From positions 1 to 64,000 of the forward strand of contig JAVKIP010000017.1 of NCBI GenBank assembly GCA_031459385.1: a stretch of DNA of 64,000 bases. Direction: 5' to 3'. Origin of the DNA: Candidatus Fervidifonticultor secundus (GTDB lineage: Bacteria; Sysuimicrobiota; Sysuimicrobiia; Sysuimicrobiales; Humicultoraceae). Of this stretch, positions 17,856 through 28,704 are shown in pieces; positions within the stretch are counted from its first letter, which is position 1; the number at the start of each line of letters is the position of its first letter. The translations under genes and the position numbers were made by a program. The notes below the pieces were generated by a model. The model saw only the letters and a program-made list of their open reading frames with translations. It was not told the origin of the DNA and made no database searches.

Positions 17856-18947
17856 GTGCCTTTCGCGATCGCCGCCAACCTGGTCATCCTCGCCGTGGTC
17901 CTGGCCGGACCGTTCCTCTCCCACCGGGTCGAACGGAATCTCGAGGGGTTCCTGTTCGTCATGGGCCTGGGGTCGGCGCTGGCCTCGGGTGCGCTGTCAG
18001 CACCGCTGGCGCGCGAGGCGTTGCGCCATCCGCTGCCGATCACTGCGGCGGTCTTCGTTTTCGGCCTGCTCTTCCTGTGGGCGCGCACCCACGTCGGCCA
18101 GGCCGTGGGCTGGGCGCAGGCCCGGATCGGGCTGGGGCCCCTGGTGGCCGTGACCGTCATGGTCCTGGGGCTGGCGTCGAGCGTCATCACCGCCATCATC
18201 GCCTCGTTGGTGCTCGTGGAGTTCATCTCGGTCCTCCCTCTGCGCCGGGACGTCGAGACCCGCATCGTCGTGCTGGCCTGCTTCGCCATCGGCCTGGGCG
18301 CCGCGCTCACGCCGGTCGGCGAGCCGCTGTCCACCATCGCCACGGCCAAGCTCCGGCAGGACTTCTGGTTCCTGCTGCGGCTGCTGGGCCCCTACGTCGT
18401 GCCGGGGGTCGTCGTGCTCGGGTTGCTGGCGCGCGCCGCCGGCGCGGGAGCCCCGGCCGCATCGCCGGCCCCCGGCTCCGCCGCAGCGCCCGGTGGCCGC
18501 GGCGCCGCGGCGCCGGTGGGCGCCTCCGGCGGGTCGCTGACTGCCTCCCCGGTGGTCGAATCGCTGCGGACCGTGGTGGCCCGCGCGGCCCGTGTCTACG
18601 TCTTCGTGGTGGCCCTGACGCTGCTGGGGGAAGGGTTCAGGCCGGTGATCGAGACCTATGTGATCGGCCTGGACGCGCGGCTCCTCTACTGGATCAACAT
18701 GATCTCCGCCGTGCTGGACAACGCGACGCTGACGGCCGCCGAGGTGGACCGGCGCATGCAACCGCAGCAGGTCCAGGCCGTGCTGATGGGCCTGCTGGTC
18801 AGCGGCGGGATGCTGATCCCCGGCAACATCCCCAACATCGTGGCCGCGGGACGCCTGGGGATCGGCAGCCGCCAGTGGGCGCGCGTCGCGGTGCCCATCG
18901 GCGCCGCGCTCCTCGTGCTGTACTACATCGTGCTGTTCCTCCCCTAG
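17856..18947 (+). CDS. DUF1646-family membrane protein (predicted cation transporter)
   Basis: VERNLEGFLFVMG, IGLGAALTPVGEPLST, SAVLDNATL, GGMLIPGNIPNI; TGCTATAAT lies just upstream. Confidence 0.75.
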   Translation: MPFAIAANLVILAVVLAGPFLSHRVERNLEGFLFVMGLGSALASGALSAPLAREALRHPLPITAAVFVFGLLFLWARTHVGQAVGWAQARIGLGPLVAVTVMVLGLASSVITAIIASLVLVEFISVLPLRRDVETRIVVLACFAIGLGAALTPVGEPLSTIATAKLRQDFWFLLRLLGPYVVPGVVVLGLLARAAGAGAPAASPAPGSAAAPGGRGAAAPVGASGGSLTASPVVESLRTVVARAARVYVFVVALTLLGEGFRPVIETYVIGLDARLLYWINMISAVLDNATLTAAEVDRRMQPQQVQAVLMGLLVSGGMLIPGNIPNIVAAGRLGIGSRQWARVAVPIGAALLVLYYIVLFLP

Positions 18948-19137
18948 CTCCTCCCGTCCTCGCGGGTCAGAGATGGCGTGCGGCCGCTGGGGCGACGGTC
19001 CCGGCCGCCGCGCGCGGCAGCCCCGCCTGCGGACGGCCGGAGGCCCGCTCCGGTCGCAGGCCGAAACCACCCGGTAGCGCTCTGTGAAGCCATGGCGCGG
19101 CGCATTCCAGGTGGCGCCGCGGCGGGGAGGGACGACG

Positions 19138-20175
19138 ATGCGGCGGACGGTGTGGGTTGCGGCGGGCGCAGCGCTCGCCGCCGGGGCACTGGCGGGCGCG
19201 GCGGCGCTGGGCGGCGTCGCAGGATTCCTGTGGGGTGCCCGGGCAGGGGACCTCGCTCGCTGGGGCAGACCGGCGGAGCGCTACCTGAGCGGCGAGGGGC
19301 CGGATAGGATCGCGGTGGTGCGAGTGGTCGGGCCCATCTCGCGCGAGGGGCGCGGCATCGCGCTGCTCGGCGCCGGCGCGTCCAGCCGCGCGATCATCCG
19401 GCTGCTGGATCACGCGCGGCGCGATCCGGCGGTCAAGGCGGTGATCGTCGAGCTGGACACGCCGGGCGGTTCGGTCGTGGCTAGCGACGAGGTGTATCAA
19501 GCGCTGGTGGCGCTGCGCCGGGCCGGCAGGCCCGTCGTGGCCCTGATGACCGAGGTGGCCGCCTCGGGCGGCTACTACGTCGCGGCGGCCGCCGACCACA
19601 TCGTCGCGGATCCGACCACCGTGACCGGCAGCATCGGTGTCGTCGTGGCGCTGGCCAACACCGAGGCGCTGAGCCGCAAGATCGGCATCCGGACCATCGT
19701 CTTCAAGAGCGGTGCCTTCAAGGACCTGGGTAACCCCAACCGCCCCGTCACGCCCGCGGAGGCCGCGATCGTGCAACGCCTGGTGGACGAGGCGTACGGG
19801 CGCTTCATCGGCGTGGTGGCACGCGGCCGCCGCATGGACCCCTTGCGCGTACGGCGCCTGGCCGACGGGCGCATCTACACCGGGCTCCAGGCGCACCGCC
19901 TCGGGCTGGTGGACAGCCTGGGCCACCTGCCCGAAGCGGTGGCCGTCGCCATGCGTCGGGCGGGTCTGCACCGGGCCACCGTGGTGGAGTACGGCAGCGC
20001 CGGCGTCCTCGACGTCTTGCTCGGCCCCCTCGGGCGCTGGCTGCCCTTCGGGCGGGAGGCGCTCGAGCCGCTGGCGTCGGACGCCCTCGGGGTGCCGATA
20101 CCGGACGCCGCGTGGGCCGCAGGCGCCGCGCCGCCGGTGCGGGCCGTCAGCGCGCAGTACCTGCTGGTACCCTGA
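19138..20175 (+). CDS. sppA: Signal peptide peptidase (S49)
   Basis: DTPGGSVVAS, AASGGYY, TGSIGV, KSGAFKD, DGRIYTG. Confidence 0.9.
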   Translation: MRRTVWVAAGAALAAGALAGAAALGGVAGFLWGARAGDLARWGRPAERYLSGEGPDRIAVVRVVGPISREGRGIALLGAGASSRAIIRLLDHARRDPAVKAVIVELDTPGGSVVASDEVYQALVALRRAGRPVVALMTEVAASGGYYVAAAADHIVADPTTVTGSIGVVVALANTEALSRKIGIRTIVFKSGAFKDLGNPNRPVTPAEAAIVQRLVDEAYGRFIGVVARGRRMDPLRVRRLADGRIYTGLQAHRLGLVDSLGHLPEAVAVAMRRAGLHRATVVEYGSAGVLDVLLGPLGRWLPFGREALEPLASDALGVPIPDAAWAAGAAPPVRAVSAQYLLVP

Positions 20176-20186
20176 CGGGTCCGACC

Positions 20187-21815
20187 GTGGCCACGCGCAT
20201 CGCGCTGGTGCTCTCGGGCGGGGTCTCGCTTGGCGCCTACCAGGCCGGCGCCGTGTACGAGCTGCTGTGGGCGCTCGACCACCGCGCCCCGGACGCCGAG
20301 CGCGTCGTGCTCGACGTCATCACCGGCGCCTCCGCGGGCGCCATGAACGCCGCGGTGCTGGCGCGCGCCGTGATGGTGGACCGCGCGGCGGCAGCCGATC
20401 TGCACCATGCGTGGGTGACCGGCATCTCGTTCGCGCGCCTGGCCGAAGGCTCACCTTCGGCCAGTTTCTTCTCCGACCAGCCTATCTGGGACCTGGCCCG
20501 GGCAATCCTGCTTCGGCCTCCGGCGGCGGGTCCGCACCCGGCCGCGCCAGCGACGTTGCGCGTGGCGTTCGCGCTGACCAACCTGAACGGCGTGCGCTAC
20601 TCGCTGGGGTATGCCAACACCCCGGGCCGGTTCGACACCGCGGTCTTCACGGACTGGATCGCGTTCACGGTGCGGGCGGGTGCGGCCGCCGACTGGCCGG
20701 CGATCGCGCGGGCGGCGGTCGCCTCCGGCGCGTTCCCCTTTGCCTTTCCCACCGTGCGCCTGGAGCGCCGCCTGGCCGACTACCGCCATGCGGACATCTA
20801 CGCCCCGGAGGGGACGCGCGCGTTCGCCTACACTGACGGCGGGCTCTTCAACAACGAGCCGGTCGGCCTGGCCCGCGATCTCGTGGAGTCGCTCGAGGAC
20901 GAGGAGCCGGCCGCGGCGGCCGACCGCCGGATCTACCTGCTGGTGGACCCCTATCCGGGCGCGGCCGCCGTCGAAGCCGACTTCGGCGACGCGCCGCTGC
21001 CGGCGCGCCGGCTGGCCGACCGGCTTGTGAACGCCGTGCTGGGCGAGGCGTCGAAGCGCGACTGGATCCGCGCCTCGCGCATCAACACGCGGCTGCGCTG
21101 GCAGGAGCGCCTGCTCGACTGCCTCGCGGCGCTGGCCGCGGAGGTCCCGGCGCCGTCGCGCGCGGTCGCCGCCGCGCATGCGACGCGCCTGGCTGCCGAG
21201 ATCGCCACGTTCAAGGGCGCCCGCGAGACCGACGGCGCCCTGGAGCCTGCCGAGGCGCGCCGCCGGCACCTCGACGAGAACCTGCGCCGCCTGGGCCCGC
21301 TGCTGGCGCGCGATGGAGCGGCATTCGCGCGGCTGCGCGAGGCCCCCGAGCTCGCGGGGCTGTTCCTCGACCTGGCCTACGCCCTGGAGAACGTGGCCGG
21401 GTTGCGCAACAAGGTGGACCTGGACCTGCACCTGATCGCGCCGGCACCCGGTGTGCTGGCCGGCGACTTCCTCGGGAACTTCGGTGGGTTCTTCGACGAG
21501 GCGTGGCGCGAGCACGACTACCGCCGCGGGCGTGCGGACGCCCGGCGGGTGCTCGAGGCGCTGGCGGCTGCGGTCCCGGCGCTGGCGTACGCGCCCGATG
21601 TCCCCGACGCCTATGTGCCCTCGCAGGACCTGAGCCAGGTGAGCGGGGCTGACGTGCCGCCCGGCGCCATGGCCCTCCTGGCGCGGCAGCTGGGCCGCCA
21701 CCTCGCCCGCGCGGTGGTCCCGCCGACGCGGCCGCGCCTGTGGCGCGCGCTGGCCGCGCTTGCCGCGCGCATCGCTGCGCGCCGCATCGTGGCGGCACTG
21801 CAGAGGAAACAGTGA
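20187..21815 (+). CDS. Patatin-like phospholipase
   Basis: LSGGVSLGAYQAG, GASAG nucleophile, ASGAFP, DGG. Confidence 0.85.
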   Translation: MATRIALVLSGGVSLGAYQAGAVYELLWALDHRAPDAERVVLDVITGASAGAMNAAVLARAVMVDRAAAADLHHAWVTGISFARLAEGSPSASFFSDQPIWDLARAILLRPPAAGPHPAAPATLRVAFALTNLNGVRYSLGYANTPGRFDTAVFTDWIAFTVRAGAAADWPAIARAAVASGAFPFAFPTVRLERRLADYRHADIYAPEGTRAFAYTDGGLFNNEPVGLARDLVESLEDEEPAAAADRRIYLLVDPYPGAAAVEADFGDAPLPARRLADRLVNAVLGEASKRDWIRASRINTRLRWQERLLDCLAALAAEVPAPSRAVAAAHATRLAAEIATFKGARETDGALEPAEARRRHLDENLRRLGPLLARDGAAFARLREAPELAGLFLDLAYALENVAGLRNKVDLDLHLIAPAPGVLAGDFLGNFGGFFDEAWREHDYRRGRADARRVLEALAAAVPALAYAPDVPDAYVPSQDLSQVSGADVPPGAMALLARQLGRHLARAVVPPTRPRLWRALAALAARIAARRIVAALQRKQ

Positions 21816-21855
21816 TACGGCCGGCGAACCCCCGGAGTGCACTTCTGTGCGAGAA

Positions 21856-21869
21856 TGAACATTTGTTCA
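21856..21869. promoter_or_regulatory. Palindromic operator, candidate site for the SorC-family regulator
   Basis: TGAACA-TT-TGTTCA immediately after a TGnGAGAAT -10-like element and 8 nt before the operon start. Confidence 0.55.
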
Positions 21870-21877
21870 CACTGCAG

Positions 21878-23221
21878 ATGGGGCTGCTGACGCGCCTGCA
21901 GGCGCTGGAGCGGGAGGGCCGGCCGATCCGCGTGGCGGTCATCGGTGCGGGCCAGATGGGTGCGGGCCTGTGCCGCCGGTTCGGACGGCTCCCGGGCTTC
22001 GCCCTGGTGGGGGCGTGCGACGTGGTGCCCGCCAGAGCAGCCGAGGTCCTGGCGTCCGCCGGCGTGCCCGGTGACGTCGCCGAGCACGGTGCCGAGGCCC
22101 GGCGCCTGGTGCGCGAGCGGCGGGCGGTGGCGACGACCCGCGCGGAGGTGCTGCTCGACCTCCCCGAGGTGGACGCGGTCGTGGACGCGACCGGCGATCC
22201 CGACGCCGGCGCGCGCCTTGCGCTGGCCGCCACCGGTCGGCGCAAGGCGATGATCACCCTGAACGTCGAGGCCGAGGTGACGGTGGGGCCGGTGCTGGCC
22301 TGGACCGCCCGCGCCGCGGGCCTGGTCCACACGCTGGCCGCCGGCGACGAGCCCGCGGTGCTGGCTGACCTAGTCGAGTTCGCCCGCCTGGTCGGGCTCG
22401 AGGTCGTTTGCGCGGGCAAGGGCAAGAATAACCGGTTCGACCGCACCGCCACCGCGGCGTCGGTGGCGCTGGAGGCGGCGCAGCGCGGCATGAGCCCGCG
22501 CATGCTCGCCGCCTTCGTGGACGGCACCAAGACCATGGCGGAACTTGCCGTCCTCGCCAACGCCACGGGGCTCGTGCCCGACCGCCCGGGGCTCCACGGC
22601 CCGCGCGCGGACCTGGCGGACCTGCTGCGGGTGTTCGTGCCCGTCGCCGACGGCGGGATCCTGCAGCGCAGCGGTGTCGTGGACTTCGCCCTGGGCGACG
22701 TCGCGCCGGGCGTGTTCGTCGTGGGCCGCGCCGAGGATGCGGCGCTGGCGCGCGACCTTTCCTACTTGCGGATGGGCGCAGGGCCGTACTACCTCCTGTA
22801 CCGCCCGTATCACCTGGCCAGCCTGGAGGCGCCCCTGGCGGTGGCACGGGCGGTGCTGTTCGGGGACGTCACGCTGGCGGCGGCCGGCGCGCCGGTGGCC
22901 GAGTGCGCTGCGGCGGCCAAACGTGACCTCCGGCCGGGGGACGTGCTCGACGGCATCGGCGGCACCACGGTCTACGGCGTGACCCTGGCCGCGGACGAGG
23001 CCCGGGCGCACGACGCCGTGCCGGTGGGCGTCACTGCGGGCGCGCGGGTCCGGCGCGCGGTGGCGCGCGATGCGCTGCTGACGGCGTCCGACGTCGACCT
23101 CGAGGAGTCCCTGGCCGTCGTGCACCTGCGCCGGCTGCAGGACGCGCTCGTCCGCGACGGCACCCTGGCGCCGGTCGCCGCCGGAAGCGGACGGCTGCCG
23201 GCACGGGCAGGGTTCGCATGA
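21878..23221 (+). CDS. NAD(P)-dependent oxidoreductase with C-terminal SAF domain (COG4091-like)
   Basis: IGAGQMG, NVEAEVTVG, GDEP, GKGKNN, FVDGTKT, AKRDLRPGDVLDGIGG. Confidence 0.82.
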   Translation: MGLLTRLQALEREGRPIRVAVIGAGQMGAGLCRRFGRLPGFALVGACDVVPARAAEVLASAGVPGDVAEHGAEARRLVRERRAVATTRAEVLLDLPEVDAVVDATGDPDAGARLALAATGRRKAMITLNVEAEVTVGPVLAWTARAAGLVHTLAAGDEPAVLADLVEFARLVGLEVVCAGKGKNNRFDRTATAASVALEAAQRGMSPRMLAAFVDGTKTMAELAVLANATGLVPDRPGLHGPRADLADLLRVFVPVADGGILQRSGVVDFALGDVAPGVFVVGRAEDAALARDLSYLRMGAGPYYLLYRPYHLASLEAPLAVARAVLFGDVTLAAAGAPVAECAAAAKRDLRPGDVLDGIGGTTVYGVTLAADEARAHDAVPVGVTAGARVRRAVARDALLTASDVDLEESLAVVHLRRLQDALVRDGTLAPVAAGSGRLPARAGFA

Positions 23222-24270
23222 CGCGCCACGGGCACCAGGGACAGGGGCGAGAAGCGTCCGGGTCCGCGCCGGCGCGCGGGCGCGGCGCCGCCGCGCTGCT
23301 GGCCAAGGTGGCCGACCTGTACTACCTGCGCGACCTCACGCAGCAGGAGATCGCCGGGCGCCTGGGGCTCTCGCGTCCCACGGTCTCCCGTCTCCTCCGG
23401 CGCTCGCGCGACCTCGGCGTGGTGCGCATCGAGATCGTCGCCCCGCCGGACAGCCACCACGATCTCGAACGCGCGCTCGAAGAGTGCTTCGGCCTGCGCG
23501 AGGCCATCGTCGTGACCGGTGATGCCGACGATGCTGCGGCGACGCGGCGTGCGCTGGGGCGGGCGGGGGCGCGCTACCTGGAACGCGCGCTGCACGGCGG
23601 CGAGCGCCTGGGCGTCTCATGGGGCACGACGCTGCGGGCTGTGGTTGACCACCTGCGGGGGCGGCCGCTGCGCCTGACGATCGTGCCGTTGGTGGGCGGC
23701 GTCGGGCAGGTCGCGCCGGGTATCCACGCCAACGACCTGGCCGCCGGCCTGGCGGCCGCGTTCGCGGGGCAGGCCCACCTGCTGCACGCGCCGGCGATCG
23801 TGGCCAGCCCGGGCCTGCGCCGGGCCCTCCTGGCCGACGTGGGCATCCGCCGTGTGCTGGCTCTGGCCCGGCAGGTGGACGTGGCGCTGGTGGGGATCGG
23901 CGCGCTGGTACCGTCGTCTACGCTGGTGCGCAGCGGCTACTTCTCCGCGGGGGACCTGGCGCAGCTGCGGCGCCGGGGCGCGGTCGGCGACATCTGCACG
24001 CGGGCCTATACCGGCACCGGCGCGTCGGTGGACGGTGCCCTCGACCGCCGCATCCTGGCCGTGAGCCTGGACGATCTCCGGCGCATCGGTACGGTCGTGG
24101 CGGTGGCCGGGGGGCCGGAGAAGGCGGCGGCGATCGCCGGCGCGCTGCGCGGCGGCCTGATCGACGTGCTGGTGACCGACCACCTGGCCGCCGCCGCCCT
24201 GCTGGAGATCGAGCGCGCCTCGTGGGAGCTACGGGCGGCCGCGGTGGCGCGCGCGGAGGCGGTGCGGTGA
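23218..24270 (+). CDS. SorC/DeoR-type sugar-binding transcriptional regulator
   Basis: [46 protein letters not shown]. Confidence 0.9.
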   Translation: MTRHGHQGQGREASGSAPARGRGAAALLAKVADLYYLRDLTQQEIAGRLGLSRPTVSRLLRRSRDLGVVRIEIVAPPDSHHDLERALEECFGLREAIVVTGDADDAAATRRALGRAGARYLERALHGGERLGVSWGTTLRAVVDHLRGRPLRLTIVPLVGGVGQVAPGIHANDLAAGLAAAFAGQAHLLHAPAIVASPGLRRALLADVGIRRVLALARQVDVALVGIGALVPSSTLVRSGYFSAGDLAQLRRRGAVGDICTRAYTGTGASVDGALDRRILAVSLDDLRRIGTVVAVAGGPEKAAAIAGALRGGLIDVLVTDHLAAAALLEIERASWELRAAAVARAEAVR

Positions 24271-25340
24271 AGGCGCTGGCGCTGCCCACCGAGCGCCTGA
24301 TCGGGCTGCTGCGCACCATGCTCCTCATTCGCGCCTTCGAGGAGCAGGCGGAGCTGCTGTTCACCCAGGGGCGCGTCCACGGCACCATGCACCTGAGCGT
24401 CGGCCAGGAGGCCGTCGCGGCCGGCGTCTGCGCCGCCCTGCGGCCCGACGACTACATCCTGAGCACCCACCGGGGCCACGGCCACTGCCTGGCGAAAGGC
24501 GCCGACGTGCGCGGCATGATGGCCGAGTTCCTCGGCAAGGCCACAGGGCTGTGCCGCGGCCGGGGCGGCAGCATGCACATCGCCGACGTCGAGGGCGGCA
24601 ACCTGGGCGCCAACGGCATCGTGGCCGGCGGACTGCCGATCGCCACCGGCGTCGGGCTCTCGATCCAGCTGCGTCGAAGCGGGCAGGTGTGCGTGGCGTT
24701 CTTCGGCGACGGTGCCGCCAACGAGGGCGCCTTCCACGAGGCGCTGAACCTGGCCGCGATCTGGCGGCTGCCGGTGGTCTTCGTCTGCGAGAACAACCAG
24801 TACGCGATGTCGATGCCGGCCGGCCGCAGCATGAACGTCGAGCGCGTCAGCCAGCGCGCCTGCGCCTACGGGATCCCCGGCGAGACGACCGACGGCATGG
24901 ACGTCCTGGCGGTCCACGCGGCCGCGGCCGCCGCCATCGCCCGCGCGCGCGCGGGCGATGGCCCGACCCTGCTGGAGTGTCTGACCTACCGTTATAAGGG
25001 GCACAGCAAGAGCGACCTCCAGCGCTACCGGACCCGCGACGAGGTGGAGGCCTGGCGGCAGCGGGATCCCATCGTGCGCTTCCGGCAGTGGCTCCTGGCC
25101 GAGGGGCTGCTGACTGCCGAGGCGGCGGATGAGCTCGCGCGCGAGGCCCGGGCCGTCATCGAGGACGCGCTGCGCTTCGCCGAGGCGAGCCCTGAGCCCG
25201 ATCCGACCACGCTCCTGGACGACGTCTACGCGGAGGACGGCAGCACCGGCACAACGGCCGCCGGCGACGGCGGGGCCGGCTCCGACGTCCCCGGGACAGG
25301 GCCGGGGCCCGGCGCGGCGGCCGGAGCGGTTTTTCGATGA
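24267..25340 (+). CDS. TPP-dependent dehydrogenase E1 alpha subunit (AcoA/PdhA-like)
   Basis: [28 protein letters not shown]...ENNQYA, YRYKGHS. Confidence 0.9.
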   Translation: MKALALPTERLIGLLRTMLLIRAFEEQAELLFTQGRVHGTMHLSVGQEAVAAGVCAALRPDDYILSTHRGHGHCLAKGADVRGMMAEFLGKATGLCRGRGGSMHIADVEGGNLGANGIVAGGLPIATGVGLSIQLRRSGQVCVAFFGDGAANEGAFHEALNLAAIWRLPVVFVCENNQYAMSMPAGRSMNVERVSQRACAYGIPGETTDGMDVLAVHAAAAAAIARARAGDGPTLLECLTYRYKGHSKSDLQRYRTRDEVEAWRQRDPIVRFRQWLLAEGLLTAEAADELAREARAVIEDALRFAEASPEPDPTTLLDDVYAEDGSTGTTAAGDGGAGSDVPGTGPGPGAAAGAVFR

Positions 25341-26368
25341 CGGCGGCGCACGAGCCAGGCACAACGGTGCACGAGCCGATGACGGGGGCGCGCGAGCTCA
25401 CCTACCGCGAGGCGCTGCGCGAGGCGCTGCGGGTCGAGATGCGGCGCGACCCGCGCGTCGTGCTGCTCGGGGAAGACATCGGCGTCTACGGCGGGGCGTT
25501 CGCGGTCACCGACGGCCTGCTGGCCGAGTTCGGCCCCGAGCGGGTGCGCGACACGCCCATCTCGGAAGCCGCCATCACCGGCTGCGCCATCGGGGCGGCG
25601 CTCACCGGGCTGCGGCCCGTGCTGGAGATCCAGTTCATGGACTTCATCACGCTGGCCATGGAGCAGCTGGTGCTGCAGGCTGCCAAGATCCGCTACATGT
25701 TCGGCGGCAAGGCCCGCGTGCCGATGGTGGTCCGGACGCCGGCGGGGTCGGGCACGGGCGCGGCGGCCCAGCACTCGGAGAGCCTGGAGGCCTGGTTCGC
25801 CCACGTACCCGGGTTGAAGGTTGTGGCCCCGGCCACGCCGGCGGCCGCGGCCGGGCTGCTGCTGGCGAGCATCCGCGACAACAACCCGGTGGTGTTCGTG
25901 GAGCACAAGCTGCTCTACAGGGAGCGCGGTCCCGTGCCCGAGCCGCTGGCACCGCTGCCGCTCGGTCGGGCCGCGGTGGTGCGGCCAGGCCGCGACGTGA
26001 CCGTGATCGCGACGTCGGTCATGGTCGCCCGCGCGCTCGCCGCGGCCGAGCGGCTGGCGCAGGAGGGAATCAGCGTGGAGGTGGTAGACCCGCGCACCCT
26101 GCGGCCGCTCGACGTCGAGACGCTGGCGGCCTCGGCCCGGAAGACCGGCCGCGTCGTGATCGTCTACGAGGGCACCAAGACCCTGGGCATCGGCGCCGAG
26201 ATCGCGGCGCGGCTGGCCGAGCACGAGACGTTCTACCACCTGGATGCGCCCATCGTGCGGCTGGGCGGGCAGGAGTGCCCGCTACCGTACAACCGCACCC
26301 TGGAGCGCGCCGCGGTCCCGCAGGAGGACGACATCGTCGCCGGCGTCCGGCAGGTGCTGGCCGGGTAG
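25337..26368 (+). CDS. TPP-dependent dehydrogenase E1 beta subunit (AcoB/PdhB-like)
   Basis: GEDIG, DTPISE, EIQFMDF, AQHSE, EHKLLY; alternative start at 25379. Confidence 0.9.
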   Translation: MTAAHEPGTTVHEPMTGARELTYREALREALRVEMRRDPRVVLLGEDIGVYGGAFAVTDGLLAEFGPERVRDTPISEAAITGCAIGAALTGLRPVLEIQFMDFITLAMEQLVLQAAKIRYMFGGKARVPMVVRTPAGSGTGAAAQHSESLEAWFAHVPGLKVVAPATPAAAAGLLLASIRDNNPVVFVEHKLLYRERGPVPEPLAPLPLGRAAVVRPGRDVTVIATSVMVARALAAAERLAQEGISVEVVDPRTLRPLDVETLAASARKTGRVVIVYEGTKTLGIGAEIAARLAEHETFYHLDAPIVRLGGQECPLPYNRTLERAAVPQEDDIVAGVRQVLAG

Positions 26369-26399
26369 AGGCGGAAGCAGGCCGGGGCCGTCGCGGAGG

Positions 26400-27602
26400 G
26401 TGAAGGTGCCGACCGTCGAGGAGCGCTACGAGGTCGAGCTCTACTGCGGCCGCTGCCGGCGGGCGACCGCGCACCTGGTCGCGCCGGGGGCCGGCGGGCT
26501 GTCACGGGTGCTGTGCGCGGTCTGCGGTCGTGCCGTGGCCGTCGACACGCTCCACTTCATGGAGCAGTACGTCAACAGCGTGGCGCGGCGGCTGCTGGCC
26601 AAGCCCTTCGAGATCACCACCGAGTTCCGCCGCAGCCCACGCGAGTTCATCAGCACGCTGCCGGGCCGGATGATCACCAAGCCCTTCCGCGTGGCGGCCG
26701 AGCTGCGGGCGACGATGGACATTGTGCGGCCGCGCGCCCGGCCGCGGCGCCGCCACCGGCCGGTGCTGACCACGGGGCCCGGCGAGCTACCGCCGGCCCA
26801 GCGTCACTGCCAGGTGCTGCTGAGCGCGCCGCTGCTGTGGGCGCACAACCCCGCCGATGTCCTCGACGCCGCCGTGGAGTTTGGCTACGACGGCGTCGAG
26901 CTGTGGGCGTACCACCTGCTGCGCGACGGGGCCGATCCCGCAGCGCTGGGCGAGGCCGCGCGCCGCCGGGGCCTGGCGCTGGTGCTGCACGCCCTCAGCT
27001 GGGACCTCAATGTCACCTCGACGCTCGACGGGATCCGCACGGCATCGCTGGAGGCGCTGCGGACCTCGGTGACCATGGCCGCGGACGTGGGCGCCCGGCT
27101 GGTGGTGATGCACCCAGGCCGCACCACCGCGCCCTACGACGACGCCGAGGCGTACTGGCCCCGTCTGGTGGCTGCGGTGCGCGCGCTGGCCGATCAGGCG
27201 GCCGGCCTGGGGCTGGTCGTGGGCGTCGAGCACATGGAGCCACGCCAGGGCGAGTTCGTCGTCACGCCCGCGCACGCGAACCGGCTCGTGCGCGAGGTGG
27301 ACCGTGCCAACGTCGGCACCGTGGTGGACGTCGCCCACATTCCCTGGGGCGAGGACGAGGTGGCCTTCATCGCGCAGATCGAGCGCCTGGTGCACGTGCA
27401 CCTGAGCGACGCGGACGAGGCGCGGCTGCACCTGCCGCTGGGGCAGGGGGGCCGCGACCTGGCGCGCATTCTGGCCGGCCTGCGCGACTACCGGGCGGCC
27501 ATCGCCCTGGAAGGGTTCTCGCAGGGCGCTGGCCGCGATCTGGCCCGCTGGAACAAGGCCCGGTTCGAGGAGCTGTGGCGCGAGGCCCTGGCGCCCGCAT
27601 GA
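26400..27602 (+). CDS. Zn-ribbon domain fused to a xylose-isomerase-like TIM barrel (sugar isomerase/epimerase)
   Basis: N-terminal CGRC...CAVC; C-terminal GYDGVELW, VMHPG, EHME, DVAH, HVHLSD, HLPLGQG, LE. Confidence 0.75.
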   Translation: MKVPTVEERYEVELYCGRCRRATAHLVAPGAGGLSRVLCAVCGRAVAVDTLHFMEQYVNSVARRLLAKPFEITTEFRRSPREFISTLPGRMITKPFRVAAELRATMDIVRPRARPRRRHRPVLTTGPGELPPAQRHCQVLLSAPLLWAHNPADVLDAAVEFGYDGVELWAYHLLRDGADPAALGEAARRRGLALVLHALSWDLNVTSTLDGIRTASLEALRTSVTMAADVGARLVVMHPGRTTAPYDDAEAYWPRLVAAVRALADQAAGLGLVVGVEHMEPRQGEFVVTPAHANRLVREVDRANVGTVVDVAHIPWGEDEVAFIAQIERLVHVHLSDADEARLHLPLGQGGRDLARILAGLRDYRAAIALEGFSQGAGRDLARWNKARFEELWREALAPA

Positions 27603-27693
27603 CCGGCGATGTGCCAACGACGGTCCGGGCGCCGGGAGCGGCGCGGGGGCTGCGGGTGACGCGTCGAGACCACGTAGTGGAGGAGGGTGGAGC

Positions 27694-28695
27694 ATGATCC
27701 GTGGGATGCTGGTAGCGATCCTGGCCTACGTCTTGGCAGCGGTCGGGATGGGAGCGGCGGGCGCCGCGCCGGCGGTCGGCGGCGCGTTCACGCTGTACAC
27801 GTCCGAGTCCGAAGACGACATCAACCTGCTGGTGGGCGACTTCACGCGGCGCCACCCCGGCGTGCAGGTGAAGATCTTCCGGGCCGGCTCGGGGCCCGTC
27901 GTCGCCAAGCTGCAGGCCGAGCTCCAGGGCGGCCGGATCCAGGCCGACGCCATCTGGTTCGCCGACATCGCCTTCTTCCAGGACCTGGCGCGACGGGATC
28001 TGCTGCTGGCCTACGCCCCGCCCACCGGACGGCGGGCGGATCCCAAGCTGCACTACGACGGCAACCGCTACCACGAGGTGCGGCTGATCTTCAACGTGGT
28101 GGCGTTCAACACCAACCACGTCCGGTTCCGGCCGGCGTCGTGGTGGGACCTGACGCTGCCGCGCTACCGGGGCCGCGCGGGCATGCCCAACCCGTTCGTG
28201 TCGGGCGCGGCCTTCGCCCACGTGGGCACCTTCGCCAGCATGCGGGAGTTCGGGTGGGACTACTACCGCAGGCTCCGCGAGAACGACGCCCGCATCCTCC
28301 GCGCCAACGGCGACGTGCTGCGGGGGCTGGCCGCGGGCGAGATCAGCATCGCCCAGATCGTGGACTTCTTCGTGCGGGCGGCGAAGGCCCAGGGCTCGCC
28401 GGTGGATCACATCTGGCCGCAGGAGGGCGCGGTGCTGGTGCCCACGCCCATCGCCATCATCAAGGGCACGCCCAACGAGGCGCCGGCCAAGGCGTTCGTT
28501 GACTACCTGTACACGCCTGAGGCGCAGCGCCTGTTCGTGCAGCGGGCGTACGTGCCGGTGATTCCCGGGATTCCGCTCCCGCCGGGGGCGCCCGATCCGA
28601 GCGACCTGAAGATCATCCAGACCAACCTGGGCTACATCGAGAAGAACCGCGAGGAGATCAAGCGGACCTTCGCGGAGCTGTTCGGCATCCAGTAG
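27694..28695 (+). CDS. ABC substrate-binding protein (AfuA/FbpA-like family)
   Basis: Signal peptide, TLYTS, RAGSGPVVAKL, MPNPFVSG, WPQEG. Confidence 0.85.
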   Translation: MIRGMLVAILAYVLAAVGMGAAGAAPAVGGAFTLYTSESEDDINLLVGDFTRRHPGVQVKIFRAGSGPVVAKLQAELQGGRIQADAIWFADIAFFQDLARRDLLLAYAPPTGRRADPKLHYDGNRYHEVRLIFNVVAFNTNHVRFRPASWWDLTLPRYRGRAGMPNPFVSGAAFAHVGTFASMREFGWDYYRRLRENDARILRANGDVLRGLAAGEISIAQIVDFFVRAAKAQGSPVDHIWPQEGAVLVPTPIAIIKGTPNEAPAKAFVDYLYTPEAQRLFVQRAYVPVIPGIPLPPGAPDPSDLKIIQTNLGYIEKNREEIKRTFAELFGIQ

Positions 28696-28704
28696 CCGCC
28701 GCCC

